Source: Clostridiaceae bacterium (GTDB lineage: Bacteria; Bacillota; Clostridia; Saccharofermentanales; DTU023). From it: a stretch of DNA of 64,000 bases. Positions 19,932 to 29,099 of the stretch are shown piece by piece. Numbering within the stretch: position 1 is the stretch's first letter; each line of letters starts with the position of its first letter. A program made the position numbers and the translations under genes. Below the pieces are notes generated by a model. That model saw nothing but the letters and a program-made list of their open reading frames with translations, had not been told where the DNA came from and searched no databases. The stretch is taken from NCBI GenBank assembly GCA_012518845.1, contig JAAYRJ010000052.1, positions 14,381-78,380 on the forward strand, written 5' to 3'.

Positions 19932-20213
19932 ATGAAAAAAATCAGATTGGATTTTAAAGATATTACCAGTAACGTAGCATTGCATAATTTGCTCAAAGAC
20001 AAATTAGATTTGGCAAGTGAATATGCAAGTAATTTAGATTCACTTTGGGATTGCCTGTTAGAGATTGATAATTATATGTTGGTAGAGTTGATAAATATAA
20101 ATTATCTATACCAAAACTTAGGTTCTTATGGAGCAAAGGTATTAGGGATTTTGGATGATATGACTCAAGAAAATCCCTGTTTTTGGCTTAAGCTTTTGCA
20201 GGAAAGGCTATAG
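19932..20213 (+). CDS. Barstar-family ribonuclease inhibitor-like protein
   Basis: NLDSLWDCLLE matches the barstar core ENLDALWDCLTG. Its size (93 aa) fits. Confidence 0.65.
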   Translation: MKKIRLDFKDITSNVALHNLLKDKLDLASEYASNLDSLWDCLLEIDNYMLVELININYLYQNLGSYGAKVLGILDDMTQENPCFWLKLLQERL

Positions 20214-20225
20214 AACCTAAATTCT

Positions 20226-21548
20226 TTAATCTTCATCATCAGATTCGGAGTCAGGTTCTTCGGATTCAGTTTTTGCTTTTCTTTCTTGTAGTTCTTCAGC
20301 GGTTAAAATATGGAGAAGAATTGTTTGAATTCGGTTTTTATTCATTTCAGTTATTTCGAAGCGCAAATCCTCATAGTAAATGAAATCATTTTCCTCAGGT
20401 ACACGGTCAAATTCACCATAAAGAAAACCACCAATTGAATCAAAGTTATCATCTGGAATTTCAAAATCAAAATATTCATTTACTTCTTCGATGTTTAGAC
20501 TAGCATCAATGAGATGATCATGTTCATTGATTGTTACAATTTTTTGATCTTTTTCATCATACTCATCCTCAATTTCTCCAATGATTTCTTCGACTAAATC
20601 TTCAATCGTCACTAACCCAGCAGTTCCGCCATATTCATCTAAAACAATTGCTATATGAATGTGCTTTTGACGCATAGTTTTGAGTAAGTTGGTAACGTTT
20701 TGCAACTCATATGTGAAATAAGGTTTAAACATGATCTCATTCAAATCGAAGTCGCGACCGTTTAGCTCTAAAGTTGCAAAATCACGTACATGGATAAATC
20801 CTATAACTTTGTCTATATTACCATCACACACTGGAATTCTGGAGTAAGCAACTTCACGGAACAATTGCTTTAATTCAGAATAAGAAATATCCGAATTGAT
20901 TGAAATAATATCTGGACGCGGGGTCATTATAGTTCTTACTGGAGTATCTTTGAAATCAAAAACATTTTCCAACATTTCTTTTTCGTCTTCTTCAAGTACA
21001 CCCTCTTCATGACCTACATTTAGGAGTGTAATTAGTTCCTCCTGGGTAACAAAAGGCTTATGCTCATCTTTTGAACTGTCTAATAATTTAGCCAAAAAAT
21101 TGGTTATTTTTAAAAGTAAAAAAGTGAGGGGTGTCAATAGCCTGACTATAAATTGCACACTAGGAGCTACTGACAATGCGATATTTTCAGAATTTTTTAC
21201 CGCGACTGACTTGGGGGTAATTTCACCAAAAATTAAGACTAACAATGTAACTATACCAGTTGCAATCCCAACCCCAGTATTACCAAATAATTCAATGCTT
21301 AAAGAAGTTGCGATTGAAGAAGCCAAAATATTTACTAAATTGTTACCTACTAAAATTGAACTTAATAGTTTATTTGGATCTTCAATTAAAGATAGAACAA
21401 TTTTAGCTTTTTTATTACCATCTTCTGATAAATGTTTCATTCGGATGATATTAACAGATGTTAAGGCTGTCTCTGAAGATGAAAAAAATGCAGATAGTAC
21501 AAGGCAAATAATGAAAATAATTAGCTGTACCGTATGAGAAGTTTCCAG
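20226..21548 (-). CDS. CorC/HlyC-family protein (DUF21 - CBS pair - CorC_HlyC) with a probable CTG start
   Basis: CBS pair and C-terminal transporter-associated domain are present. The in-frame sequence upstream of the first ATG (21440) encodes LIIFIICLVLSAFFSSSETALTSVNIIR, the canonical first DUF21 helix. GGAG (21556-21559) lies 7 nt before CTG (21546-21548). There is no ATG/GTG/TTG between the upstream stop and 21440. Confidence 0.75.
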   Translation of the reverse strand: METSHTVQLIIFIICLVLSAFFSSSETALTSVNIIRMKHLSEDGNKKAKIVLSLIEDPNKLLSSILVGNNLVNILASSIATSLSIELFGNTGVGIATGIVTLLVLIFGEITPKSVAVKNSENIALSVAPSVQFIVRLLTPLTFLLLKITNFLAKLLDSSKDEHKPFVTQEELITLLNVGHEEGVLEEDEKEMLENVFDFKDTPVRTIMTPRPDIISINSDISYSELKQLFREVAYSRIPVCDGNIDKVIGFIHVRDFATLELNGRDFDLNEIMFKPYFTYELQNVTNLLKTMRQKHIHIAIVLDEYGGTAGLVTIEDLVEEIIGEIEDEYDEKDQKIVTINEHDHLIDASLNIEEVNEYFDFEIPDDNFDSIGGFLYGEFDRVPEENDFIYYEDLRFEITEMNKNRIQTILLHILTAEELQERKAKTESEEPDSESDDED

Positions 21549-21742
21549 ATATATGCTCCTTTTCGAGCCAAAATAATTCTATTTAACTTAATCTAGATTA
21601 ATATTTAAGCAAAGCAGAACTTCAGTATAATCAATGTTAAAATCAAATTATTAAGGCATTTTGTTACTTTCTATTATTTAGCTTAATTTTTTTCTGTTAT
21701 TTTTGTCAAGTTTCGTGCATTTTTTAATTTTTATTAGAAGGG

Positions 21743-21771
21743 TTGAATAGTAATACAAATTCTGATAGTAT
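21743..21771 (+). promoter_or_regulatory. Putative sigma-A promoter of the his operon
   Basis: TTGAAT (21743-21748), 17-nt spacer, TAGTAT (21766-21771), about 95 nt upstream of hisZ. Confidence 0.35.
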
Positions 21772-21867
21772 TCTTTTATCGCTTTACCACTTTAGCGAGA
21801 TAAAGTAAAATTGTTATCAGAAAACATTTGTTATAGATTAATGCTATTATTTTTATTGGAGAAAAAG

Positions 21868-22680
21868 ATGTCTAATCAAGTAATTTTAGAAAAATTTAAT
21901 TTGGCGATTGAGTATATGACTTTGCTTGCTGAGTATAACTATAAATTAATCGATCTTAATATGATTGAACCTTTTCGAATTGAGGACAAAGAATTTCAAC
22001 CTAGTAGTCTTGTATTTGAGAGAAATGAAACTATGTATGCTATTCGAAGTGACTGGACAAGGTCACTGTTAAATTATAATGATAGTTATTTTCTTGATGA
22101 TCGTATGTTTTGTTATTTTGGAACTGTTATTCGTGATTATCAATCTTTTTATCAGGCGGGTGTTGAACTTTACGAACCAAGCGAAGTAGAAATGCTAAAA
22201 AGTATTCAAATTCATTTAGACTTTGTTAAAAATAAAATAAGAAATCAAGGTAAAAATATAACGGCTTTAATTCTAAATAATGATCGATTTATTGATTTGT
22301 TTATTGAAAAATATGATTTGTCGGAAAGTATTCGTACTTTGATTTATGAAAAAAATCTGAGTGAATTAAAAAATCAGCTTGAGCCTGATAATCCTCTCTT
22401 AAAAATTCTACAAGCAAGAGTTAGCGAGCAGTATACTTTGCTAGCGAGCGAATTTTCGAATACAGAAGAATTGCAAACTATTGAAAAAATCAAAAAAATA
22501 GCAGATCAAGAAAATCTTAAGTTTATGATAGACTTGTCGTTTAAATCACCTCAGGGCTATTACAATGGTTTATATTTTCAGGCTTTCATAAATTATCATA
22601 CCCCAATTTTAAGTGGTGGTGAGTACGATAATCGGGCTTTTGGTATTGCCCTCAATATTGAAGATGGAGGACTTTTATGA
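21868..22680 (+). CDS. hisZ: ATP phosphoribosyltransferase regulatory subunit (short HisZ)
   Basis: HisRS-like motifs (IRSDWTRS, YQAGVELY, GGEYDN). It is translationally coupled to the short-form hisG. The ATG at 21868 follows GGAG. Confidence 0.75.
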   Translation: MSNQVILEKFNLAIEYMTLLAEYNYKLIDLNMIEPFRIEDKEFQPSSLVFERNETMYAIRSDWTRSLLNYNDSYFLDDRMFCYFGTVIRDYQSFYQAGVELYEPSEVEMLKSIQIHLDFVKNKIRNQGKNITALILNNDRFIDLFIEKYDLSESIRTLIYEKNLSELKNQLEPDNPLLKILQARVSEQYTLLASEFSNTEELQTIEKIKKIADQENLKFMIDLSFKSPQGYYNGLYFQAFINYHTPILSGGEYDNRAFGIALNIEDGGLL

Positions 22681-23282
22681 TTACTGTTGCCTTGCCTAAA
22701 GGTAGATTATTAAAAGAAGTTATTGCATATTTAGAGTCCTGTGACCTAAAAAAATATGCAGATAAACTTGATCCAAAATCACGACTACTCTTTACGGATG
22801 TTGATGGAATCCGTTTTGTTTATGCTAAAGGCAGAGATGTGCCTACCTATGTTGAATCAGGAATAGCCGATTTAGGTTTTATTGGTTCTGACATTATTAC
22901 TGAAAACAAATTTGAATTGTTAAATGTGTCGCAACTGCCATTTGGCTATTGTCGTTTTTCATTATGTGGTTTACCAGGTGTTAAGCAATTTAAGAGTGTA
23001 GCCACAAGCTTTTACAATATTTCTTTTCAATATTTTAAAAAGAAAAAACAGCAAGTTTCATTTATCCATTTACACGGCTCGGTTGAGCTTGCACCTTTAT
23101 TAGGTTTAGCAGACGGAATCGTCGATATTGTCCAAACAGGTAGCACTTTAAAAGCAAATGGTTTGATTGAGTATGAAACGATTATGGATGTCCAGGCTTG
23201 TTTAATTGCTAATAGGCAAACATTTTATACAAAAGAAGCTGAAGTTTATCCTTTTTTGAAAAAGTTAGGAGTTTTTGAATAA
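22677..23282 (+). CDS. hisG: ATP phosphoribosyltransferase, short form
   Basis: ITVALPKGRL N-terminus and DIVQTGSTLKANGL motif. At 201 aa it is the HisZ-dependent type. Confidence 0.92.
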   Translation: MITVALPKGRLLKEVIAYLESCDLKKYADKLDPKSRLLFTDVDGIRFVYAKGRDVPTYVESGIADLGFIGSDIITENKFELLNVSQLPFGYCRFSLCGLPGVKQFKSVATSFYNISFQYFKKKKQQVSFIHLHGSVELAPLLGLADGIVDIVQTGSTLKANGLIEYETIMDVQACLIANRQTFYTKEAEVYPFLKKLGVFE

Positions 23283-24541
23283 TGAAATTAGAGTTACCTG
23301 AAATTCAGGCTGCTAGAGAATATCTTGCTCAGTTTTCCCAAGTTAAAGAAGCCGAAGATCAAGAATCTTTAAGCCAAGTAATGGATATTCTGCAAAATGT
23401 TCGCAAGTATGGTGATAACGCTTTATTTGAATATACAGAGAAATTTGATGGTCAGAAATTAGAGAAGTTTAAAGTTCCAGAAACGTGGCTCGAGCAAAGT
23501 TATCTTGCACTGGAGCCAGAGTTGCGTCAAGCATTGGAATTTATTAAGCAGCGAATTCAAAAGTACGAAGAACAAATAAAATATAAAGACAAAGAATTAA
23601 CTGAATTTAAATATGTCTATCATCCGATTGAAAAAGTAGGTTTCTATGTCCCAGGCGGCACAGCTTTATATCCATCATCTGTACTTATGAGTATTATTGC
23701 TGCTCAGGTAGCCGGCGTGCCCAAGATCTATGCAGTTACACCAACTTTTGAAGAAAATAATATTACATTTGCAACTCTTTATATTTGCGGCGTGACGAAT
23801 GTTTATCAAATAGGTGGAGCTCAAGCAATTGCAGCTTTAGCCTATGGCACCGAGAGCATTCCTAAAGTCGATAAAATTGTAGGCCCAGGAAATCGTTATG
23901 TAGCTTTAGCAAAACGATTAGTCTTTGGTGAAGTTGGAATTGATTCTATAGCTGGACCTAGTGAAATTTTGCTTTATATTGATGAAAATGTTGATCCAGA
24001 ATCAATTACATTAGATATTTTTGCTCAAGCAGAACATGATCCAGATGCTAAAACTTTTTTATTAGCAGAAAATAAAAAGATTTTGAAAGATATACATGCT
24101 TTGATTGTGAAAAAACTGCCTGAGCAAAAACGTAGTGATATTATTACTCAGTCAATTAATAATAATCATTATTCCATTATTGGTGAAGCAAAAGATTTAA
24201 TTGCTATTATTAATCAGATAGCACCAGAGCATGTTTCGATCCAACATGCAAATTCAGACGAAATAATTTCAAAAATCCATTATGCTGGTGCAATTTTTAA
24301 GGGCAATTACTCGCCAGAGGCCATAGGCGATTATGTGGCAGGACCATCCCATGTCTTACCAACAAGTGGTAGTGCCAGATTTAGTCATGGTCTTAATGTA
24401 AATGATTTTTTGACTAGTCATGCAATTATAGATATTGAACCTGAAACTTATCAGCAAATTGCTCCGTATGGGATCAAAGTCGCATATGCGGAAGGACTTT
24501 ACGCACATGCCGAAAGTTTAGAGGCAAGATTAAAAGAATAA
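23282..24541 (+). CDS. hisD: Histidinol dehydrogenase
   Basis: IAGPSEIL, QAEHD and PEHV motifs. Confidence 0.94.
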   Translation: MKLELPEIQAAREYLAQFSQVKEAEDQESLSQVMDILQNVRKYGDNALFEYTEKFDGQKLEKFKVPETWLEQSYLALEPELRQALEFIKQRIQKYEEQIKYKDKELTEFKYVYHPIEKVGFYVPGGTALYPSSVLMSIIAAQVAGVPKIYAVTPTFEENNITFATLYICGVTNVYQIGGAQAIAALAYGTESIPKVDKIVGPGNRYVALAKRLVFGEVGIDSIAGPSEILLYIDENVDPESITLDIFAQAEHDPDAKTFLLAENKKILKDIHALIVKKLPEQKRSDIITQSINNNHYSIIGEAKDLIAIINQIAPEHVSIQHANSDEIISKIHYAGAIFKGNYSPEAIGDYVAGPSHVLPTSGSARFSHGLNVNDFLTSHAIIDIEPETYQQIAPYGIKVAYAEGLYAHAESLEARLKE

Positions 24542-24582
24542 TATTTTATTGAATAAAATACCTAGTGAAAGAGAAGAACAAT

Positions 24583-25572
24583 ATGATAATCATGAATCGT
24601 AATACCAGTCCCATCAAGCCTTTGACAGATGAACAAATTTTTAATGCTGTGAAAAAAACAAATTATAATCAATATCCAGATCAGGAACGAATAAATTTTA
24701 TTAATTTATATGCCGATTATTTTGGCTTTAATCCAGACAATATAGAAGTAGCTAATGGCTCTGATGAATGGATTCAAAAATTGATTATAACGCTTGGTAA
24801 AAACGGGGTAATGTCTTTAAATCCCGATTTTGTGATGTATCAAATCTATACAGAACAATTTTTGCCAGAAATTTATTTTGTTAATGCTGAGCCTGATTTT
24901 ACCTTTGATTTTGATAAAGTAATTGTTGCCATCAAAGCTAAAAAACCTTCATTATTTTTAATATCTAATCCACAAAATCCAACCGGTACGATGTTTAGTA
25001 CCCAAGATTTGCAACGTTTAGCTGATGCTATGGCAGAGGTTGATGGTTATCTTGGCTTAGACGAGTGTTATATTGATTTTGCTAAAGATTACGAACGACC
25101 AAAGGGAAAAAATATTATTATTCTCAGAACTTTAAGTAAAGTTTATGGGATGGCAGGCTTGCGTGTAGGGATGGCAATTGCGGAAAAAGAAACTTTGGAT
25201 ATAATCACTCAAATAAATCATCCTTACCCTTTAAATTCACTAGCGTTAAATTTAGCCAGTGAATTGTTTTCGGATAAAAAAGCTTTACAAAAATTCAAAA
25301 ATTATCAATTTGAGAGTAAAGCTAGATTAGAGACAGCCTTAGATCAAGTTTCAGATTTAATGGAAATAAAAGAATCTTATACTAATTATATTTTTACTTA
25401 TGGTGATGCTGCAATAGATATGGCAAACTTTTTATTGGATAAAGGATTTTTGAGTCGCATCTATGATGTACCGATCTTACAAAATGCAGCTCGTTATTCA
25501 ATTATCAAATTAGAAGAATATCAAGCATTAAATGAGGCAATTATAGAATGGAGAAATCAGTATGTTGAGTAG
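24583..25572 (+). CDS. hisC: Histidinol-phosphate aminotransferase
   Basis: SNPQNPTG and LSKVYGMAGLRVG motifs. The start is uncertain (GTG 24565, ATG 24583 or ATG 24592). Confidence 0.88.
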   Translation: MIIMNRNTSPIKPLTDEQIFNAVKKTNYNQYPDQERINFINLYADYFGFNPDNIEVANGSDEWIQKLIITLGKNGVMSLNPDFVMYQIYTEQFLPEIYFVNAEPDFTFDFDKVIVAIKAKKPSLFLISNPQNPTGTMFSTQDLQRLADAMAEVDGYLGLDECYIDFAKDYERPKGKNIIILRTLSKVYGMAGLRVGMAIAEKETLDIITQINHPYPLNSLALNLASELFSDKKALQKFKNYQFESKARLETALDQVSDLMEIKESYTNYIFTYGDAAIDMANFLLDKGFLSRIYDVPILQNAARYSIIKLEEYQALNEAIIEWRNQYVE

Positions 25573-26143
25573 GAAAAGAGAAACGCTAGAAACTAAAATC
25601 GAATTGAAATTAGCCGAGCAAACAGATACAAATGAAAGATCGGAAATAGATACAGGTATAGGTTTTTTTGATCATATGCTTACTTTGTTGGCATTTCACT
25701 CCAATTTATTTTTATCGGTTAAGGCTGATGGTGATTTAGAAGTAGATTTTCACCATACAGTTGAAGATACTGGTATTGTTCTTGGTGAATTAATTTATGA
25801 GCTATATCAAAGCAAAAAGTCTTTTGGACGTTATGGTTTTTTCTACTTGCCGATGGATGAATCTTTAGCAAGAGTCACACTTGATTTATCTGGACGACCA
25901 GGTTTTTATTTTAACTGTAATTTTGCTAGTGAAAAAGTTGGAGAGTTTGATACGGAACTTGTTAAAGAGTTCTTCAATGCGGTGGCAATGAATGCGAAAA
26001 TGACTTTGCATATTGATTTGTTAAAAGGTGGAAATAGCCATCATGAAATTGAAGCTGTCTTTAAGGCATTTGGTCGTAGCCTGGCTATTGCCTTAGAAAC
26101 CAAAACAGGTGGAGTGCCATCTTCCAAAGGGGTGATTGCATGA
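25562..26143 (+). CDS. hisB: Imidazoleglycerol-phosphate dehydratase
   Basis: GIGFFDHML, HHTVEDTGI and GGNSHHEIEA motifs. Monofunctional (193 aa). Confidence 0.94.
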   Translation: MLSRKRETLETKIELKLAEQTDTNERSEIDTGIGFFDHMLTLLAFHSNLFLSVKADGDLEVDFHHTVEDTGIVLGELIYELYQSKKSFGRYGFFYLPMDESLARVTLDLSGRPGFYFNCNFASEKVGEFDTELVKEFFNAVAMNAKMTLHIDLLKGGNSHHEIEAVFKAFGRSLAIALETKTGGVPSSKGVIA

Positions 26144-26847
26144 TTGATATTATTCCAGCAATAGATTTAATCGAAGGTCAAAGTGTTAGATTAGAACAAG
26201 GCGATTATCAAACAAAATCCTTAATGCCAAGAACAGCTAAAGAAGCGATAAAATTTTACAATCAATTTGAACAAGTTAAAGGGATTCATATTATTGATCT
26301 TCTAGCAGCTAAGGAAAAAAAGGCAAAAGAGATGGATTTGATTTCAGAACTTAGGGCTTTGACAGATTTGCCAATACAAATTGGTGGTGGTTTGAGAAAT
26401 GAAGAAACAATTCGGTTTTACGATAGTAAAGGCATTGACTACTTTATTTTAGGTACAAAAGCAATAACAGATTTTGCTTGGCTAGAAGAGATGACAAACT
26501 TATTTCCAGCCCGAATTATAGTTGGCATTGATGCTAGAGACGATTATATTTATATAAATGGCTGGACAGAGAATTCCGGTATTCAAATTCCAGATCATTT
26601 AGCAAAAATTGAAAAACTTAATTTGCAAGGAATTATTTATACAGATATCGCTAAAGATGGGATGAATAAAGGTCCCAATTTTGAAAAAACTGCCGCCTTA
26701 GCTAAAAATACAAGACATAAAGTAATTGCTAGCGGTGGAGTACGTGATAATTCAGATTTGAAAAAGTTAGCAGCACTTGAAATACCAGCGGCAATTGTTG
26801 GTAAAGCAGCTAACACAGATGCTTTTTGGCAATCAATTGTTGATTAG
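26140..26847 (+). CDS. hisA: ProFAR isomerase
   Basis: IIPAIDL, QIGGGLR and ASGGV motifs. Its ATG overlaps the hisB stop (ATGA), leaving no room for hisH. Confidence 0.92.
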   Translation: MIDIIPAIDLIEGQSVRLEQGDYQTKSLMPRTAKEAIKFYNQFEQVKGIHIIDLLAAKEKKAKEMDLISELRALTDLPIQIGGGLRNEETIRFYDSKGIDYFILGTKAITDFAWLEEMTNLFPARIIVGIDARDDYIYINGWTENSGIQIPDHLAKIEKLNLQGIIYTDIAKDGMNKGPNFEKTAALAKNTRHKVIASGGVRDNSDLKKLAALEIPAAIVGKAANTDAFWQSIVD

Positions 26848-26856
26848 AGGGCAGAC

Positions 26857-27624
26857 ATGATAGAGAAAACAAGAAAAATTCTTCCTTGTCTTGATATAAG
26901 AAATGGGAAAGTAGTTAAAGGTGTAAATTTTGAAAATATTAGAGAAATGGGCGATCCAGTCGAGTTGGCAACCAAATATGGAGCGGCAGGAGCTGATGCC
27001 CTAGCTTTTTTAGATATAACAAAAACTAAAGAGAAGCATGGATTTTATCTAGATCTAATTTCTGAAATTACAAGCAACATTGAGATTCCGCTATTTGTGG
27101 GTGGAGGTATTAGCACGCTTAAAGATATTAATTTAATATTAAATGCTGGTGCCAGCAAAGTTAGTATTGCTTCTGCAGCTCTAACAAATCCTAACTTTAT
27201 CTCAGATGCAGCTTCTGAATTTGGACACGACAAAATAATTATTGCATTAGATGTTGCCCAAGATTTAGCTGACAATAAATATTATGCTTATACTCATGGA
27301 GGTCAGAAAAAAACAGATTTTGAAGTGTTTGAACTAATTGAAAAATTTGACCAAATTGGAGTGTCAGCATTTTTGATTACGGGAATTTCATTTGATGGCT
27401 CAAAATCTGGCTTTGACCTTGCTTTTTTTAAAGAAGCAGGAAAAAGAACAAATACAACTTTAATCGCAAGTGGTGGTGCTGGAAAAATTGAAGATTTCGT
27501 TGATTTATTTCAAAAAACAAATGTTGAATATAGTTTAGCAGCTTCTATTTTTCATCAAAACACAGTAAATATTAGAGAGCTAAAACAAAATTTAGCTTCG
27601 AAAAACATTAATGTTAATCTGTAA
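26857..27624 (+). CDS. hisF: Imidazole glycerol phosphate synthase cyclase subunit
   Basis: ILPCLDIRNGKVVKG, VGGGI and ASGGAG motifs. The catalytic Asp equivalents (D13, D132) are present. Confidence 0.93.
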   Translation: MIEKTRKILPCLDIRNGKVVKGVNFENIREMGDPVELATKYGAAGADALAFLDITKTKEKHGFYLDLISEITSNIEIPLFVGGGISTLKDINLILNAGASKVSIASAALTNPNFISDAASEFGHDKIIIALDVAQDLADNKYYAYTHGGQKKTDFEVFELIEKFDQIGVSAFLITGISFDGSKSGFDLAFFKEAGKRTNTTLIASGGAGKIEDFVDLFQKTNVEYSLAASIFHQNTVNIRELKQNLASKNINVNL

Positions 27625-27679
27625 TTTCTCTCTAGAAAAAAGCAAAATTTCCAAACTAATTAAAAGCGAAAGGATTATT

Positions 27680-28303
27680 ATGCAACCTGATTTTACAAAA
27701 AATAATGGCTTGTTATCTGTTATTTTACAGGACTTTGATACAAAACAAGTTTTAATGAATGGCTTTATGAATGAAGAAGCCTATAAATTAACCAAACAAG
27801 AAAATGTTGTTTGGTTTTATTCTAGATCAAAACAACGTCTTTGGAAAAAAGGGGAATCAAGTGGCCATGTTCAACATGTTGTAGAAATGACACTTGATTG
27901 TGATCAAGATGCCCTTCTAATTCAAGTTGTTCCGGCTGGACCAACTTGCCATCTTGGCAATACCAGTTGTTTTGATGATCCTTATTTTAATCTGGAAATT
28001 CTAGAAAAAACTATTCAAGATCGCATAAAAAATCCTAAAGAGGGTTCCTATACAAAATATTTGTTGGAACAAGGTTTAGATAAAATTTTGAAAAAAAGCA
28101 GTGAAGAAATGACCGAAACTATAATCGCTAGTAAAAATCAGGATAAAAATGAGATAATAGCAGAAGCATCGGATTTACTTTACCATGTAATTTTATTGTT
28201 AAATTCTCAAAAAATTTCTTTGAATGATGTCAAAGAAAATTTAGCAAAAAGACATGGCAAGGTACAGTCTTACAAGCGTCGAAAAGAAATTACAAATTGG
28301 TAA
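27680..28303 (+). CDS. hisI: Bifunctional PR-AMP cyclohydrolase / PR-ATP pyrophosphatase
   Basis: WFYSRSKQRLWKKGESSGH and DCDQDALL (HisI part), and a C-terminal HisE helix bundle (EASDLLYHVILLL). The ATG at 27680 follows AAAGGA. Confidence 0.9.
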   Translation: MQPDFTKNNGLLSVILQDFDTKQVLMNGFMNEEAYKLTKQENVVWFYSRSKQRLWKKGESSGHVQHVVEMTLDCDQDALLIQVVPAGPTCHLGNTSCFDDPYFNLEILEKTIQDRIKNPKEGSYTKYLLEQGLDKILKKSSEEMTETIIASKNQDKNEIIAEASDLLYHVILLLNSQKISLNDVKENLAKRHGKVQSYKRRKEITNW

Positions 28304-28398
28304 TCTTTATTTATTATATTTGAAAAATTGATAATAAATATTTCATCATCAACATTTCTATATTATAATGGGCGAGTATCTGTTTTTTACTTAACTTG

Positions 28399-28424
28399 TA
28401 GATAGTTAATTTAGATAGTTAATT
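28399..28424. repeat. Perfect tandem 13-bp direct repeat (TAGATAGTTAATT x2) directly upstream of the PII-like gene
   Basis: 28399-28411 and 28412-28424 are identical, followed by a T-run and the ORF start. Confidence 0.9.
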
Positions 28425-28428
28425 TTTT

Positions 28429-29091
28429 TTGAAAGCGAGAATTTTGGTGAACAATCAAAGTTTATTCATAAGTGTCTTAAATCGAGGTAAAGCTGAGGAA
28501 TTCTTGAATGAGATGCGTATTTTTGATCTGACAGGTGGCATTGTCATGTTAGGCGAAGGAACAGCGACTAATCGGCTATTACAAATTCTTGGCTTAGCAG
28601 AAACTCAAAAAGAAATAATCATTCTTCCCATTTTTGATTCCAAGTTTGAAGATCCAATCCATGAGATGATGTTACATCATTTTCAAGTGGATAAAAGAAG
28701 AAAAGGAATTGCATTTTCAATTCCAATAAGTTATTTAGGTGCAGAAAGTGTATTACCAAAAGATAAAATGTATGACCCAGCCTGCTTTTTTTCTCAATGT
28801 ATTTTTGCTGTTGTTGATGAAGGTCAAGGTCAGCAGGTAATGAAACATGTTCAAGCAACCGGACAAACGGGTGGCACAATCATTCATGCGCGTGGTGCAG
28901 GAGTTCCAAGTGATTCTTACTTTCCTTTCAAAATAGAACCTCAAAAGGATATAGTCATGATTTTAGTAAAAACAGAGCGAGTAAAAACAGTCCAAAATTA
29001 CTTGAACGAAAAAATGAATTTTTCTGATCCAAGAAAAGGTATTATTTTTACCTTGCCAGTATCTAGAGTGACAGGTATCTTTCAAGGTTAG
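28429..29091 (+). CDS. Tandem PII-like (two P-II fold modules) protein
   Basis: Two copies of the pattern hhhxVVxxGxxxxVhxxhxxxGxxGGTIhxxxG ... GIxFxhPh: SLFISVLNRGKAEE...GIAFSIPIS and CIFAVVDEGQGQQ...GIIFTLPVS. The start is uncertain (TTG 28429, or GTG 28447). Confidence 0.65.
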   Translation: MKARILVNNQSLFISVLNRGKAEEFLNEMRIFDLTGGIVMLGEGTATNRLLQILGLAETQKEIIILPIFDSKFEDPIHEMMLHHFQVDKRRKGIAFSIPISYLGAESVLPKDKMYDPACFFSQCIFAVVDEGQGQQVMKHVQATGQTGGTIIHARGAGVPSDSYFPFKIEPQKDIVMILVKTERVKTVQNYLNEKMNFSDPRKGIIFTLPVSRVTGIFQG

Positions 29092-29099
29092 GGGTTAAA

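Noticed and set aside
21588-21601. A perfect 14-bp palindrome, TTAATCTAGATTAA, in the CorC leader.
   Set aside because: AT-rich palindromes of this length are expected several times in 64 kb at this base composition, and there is no second copy or associated regulator.
21549-21867. A T-box or His leader-peptide attenuator upstream of hisZ.
   Set aside because: There is no specifier-loop or T-box sequence (no AGAGA / GGUGGUACCGCG-like cores), no terminator hairpin, and no run of His codons in any small ORF.
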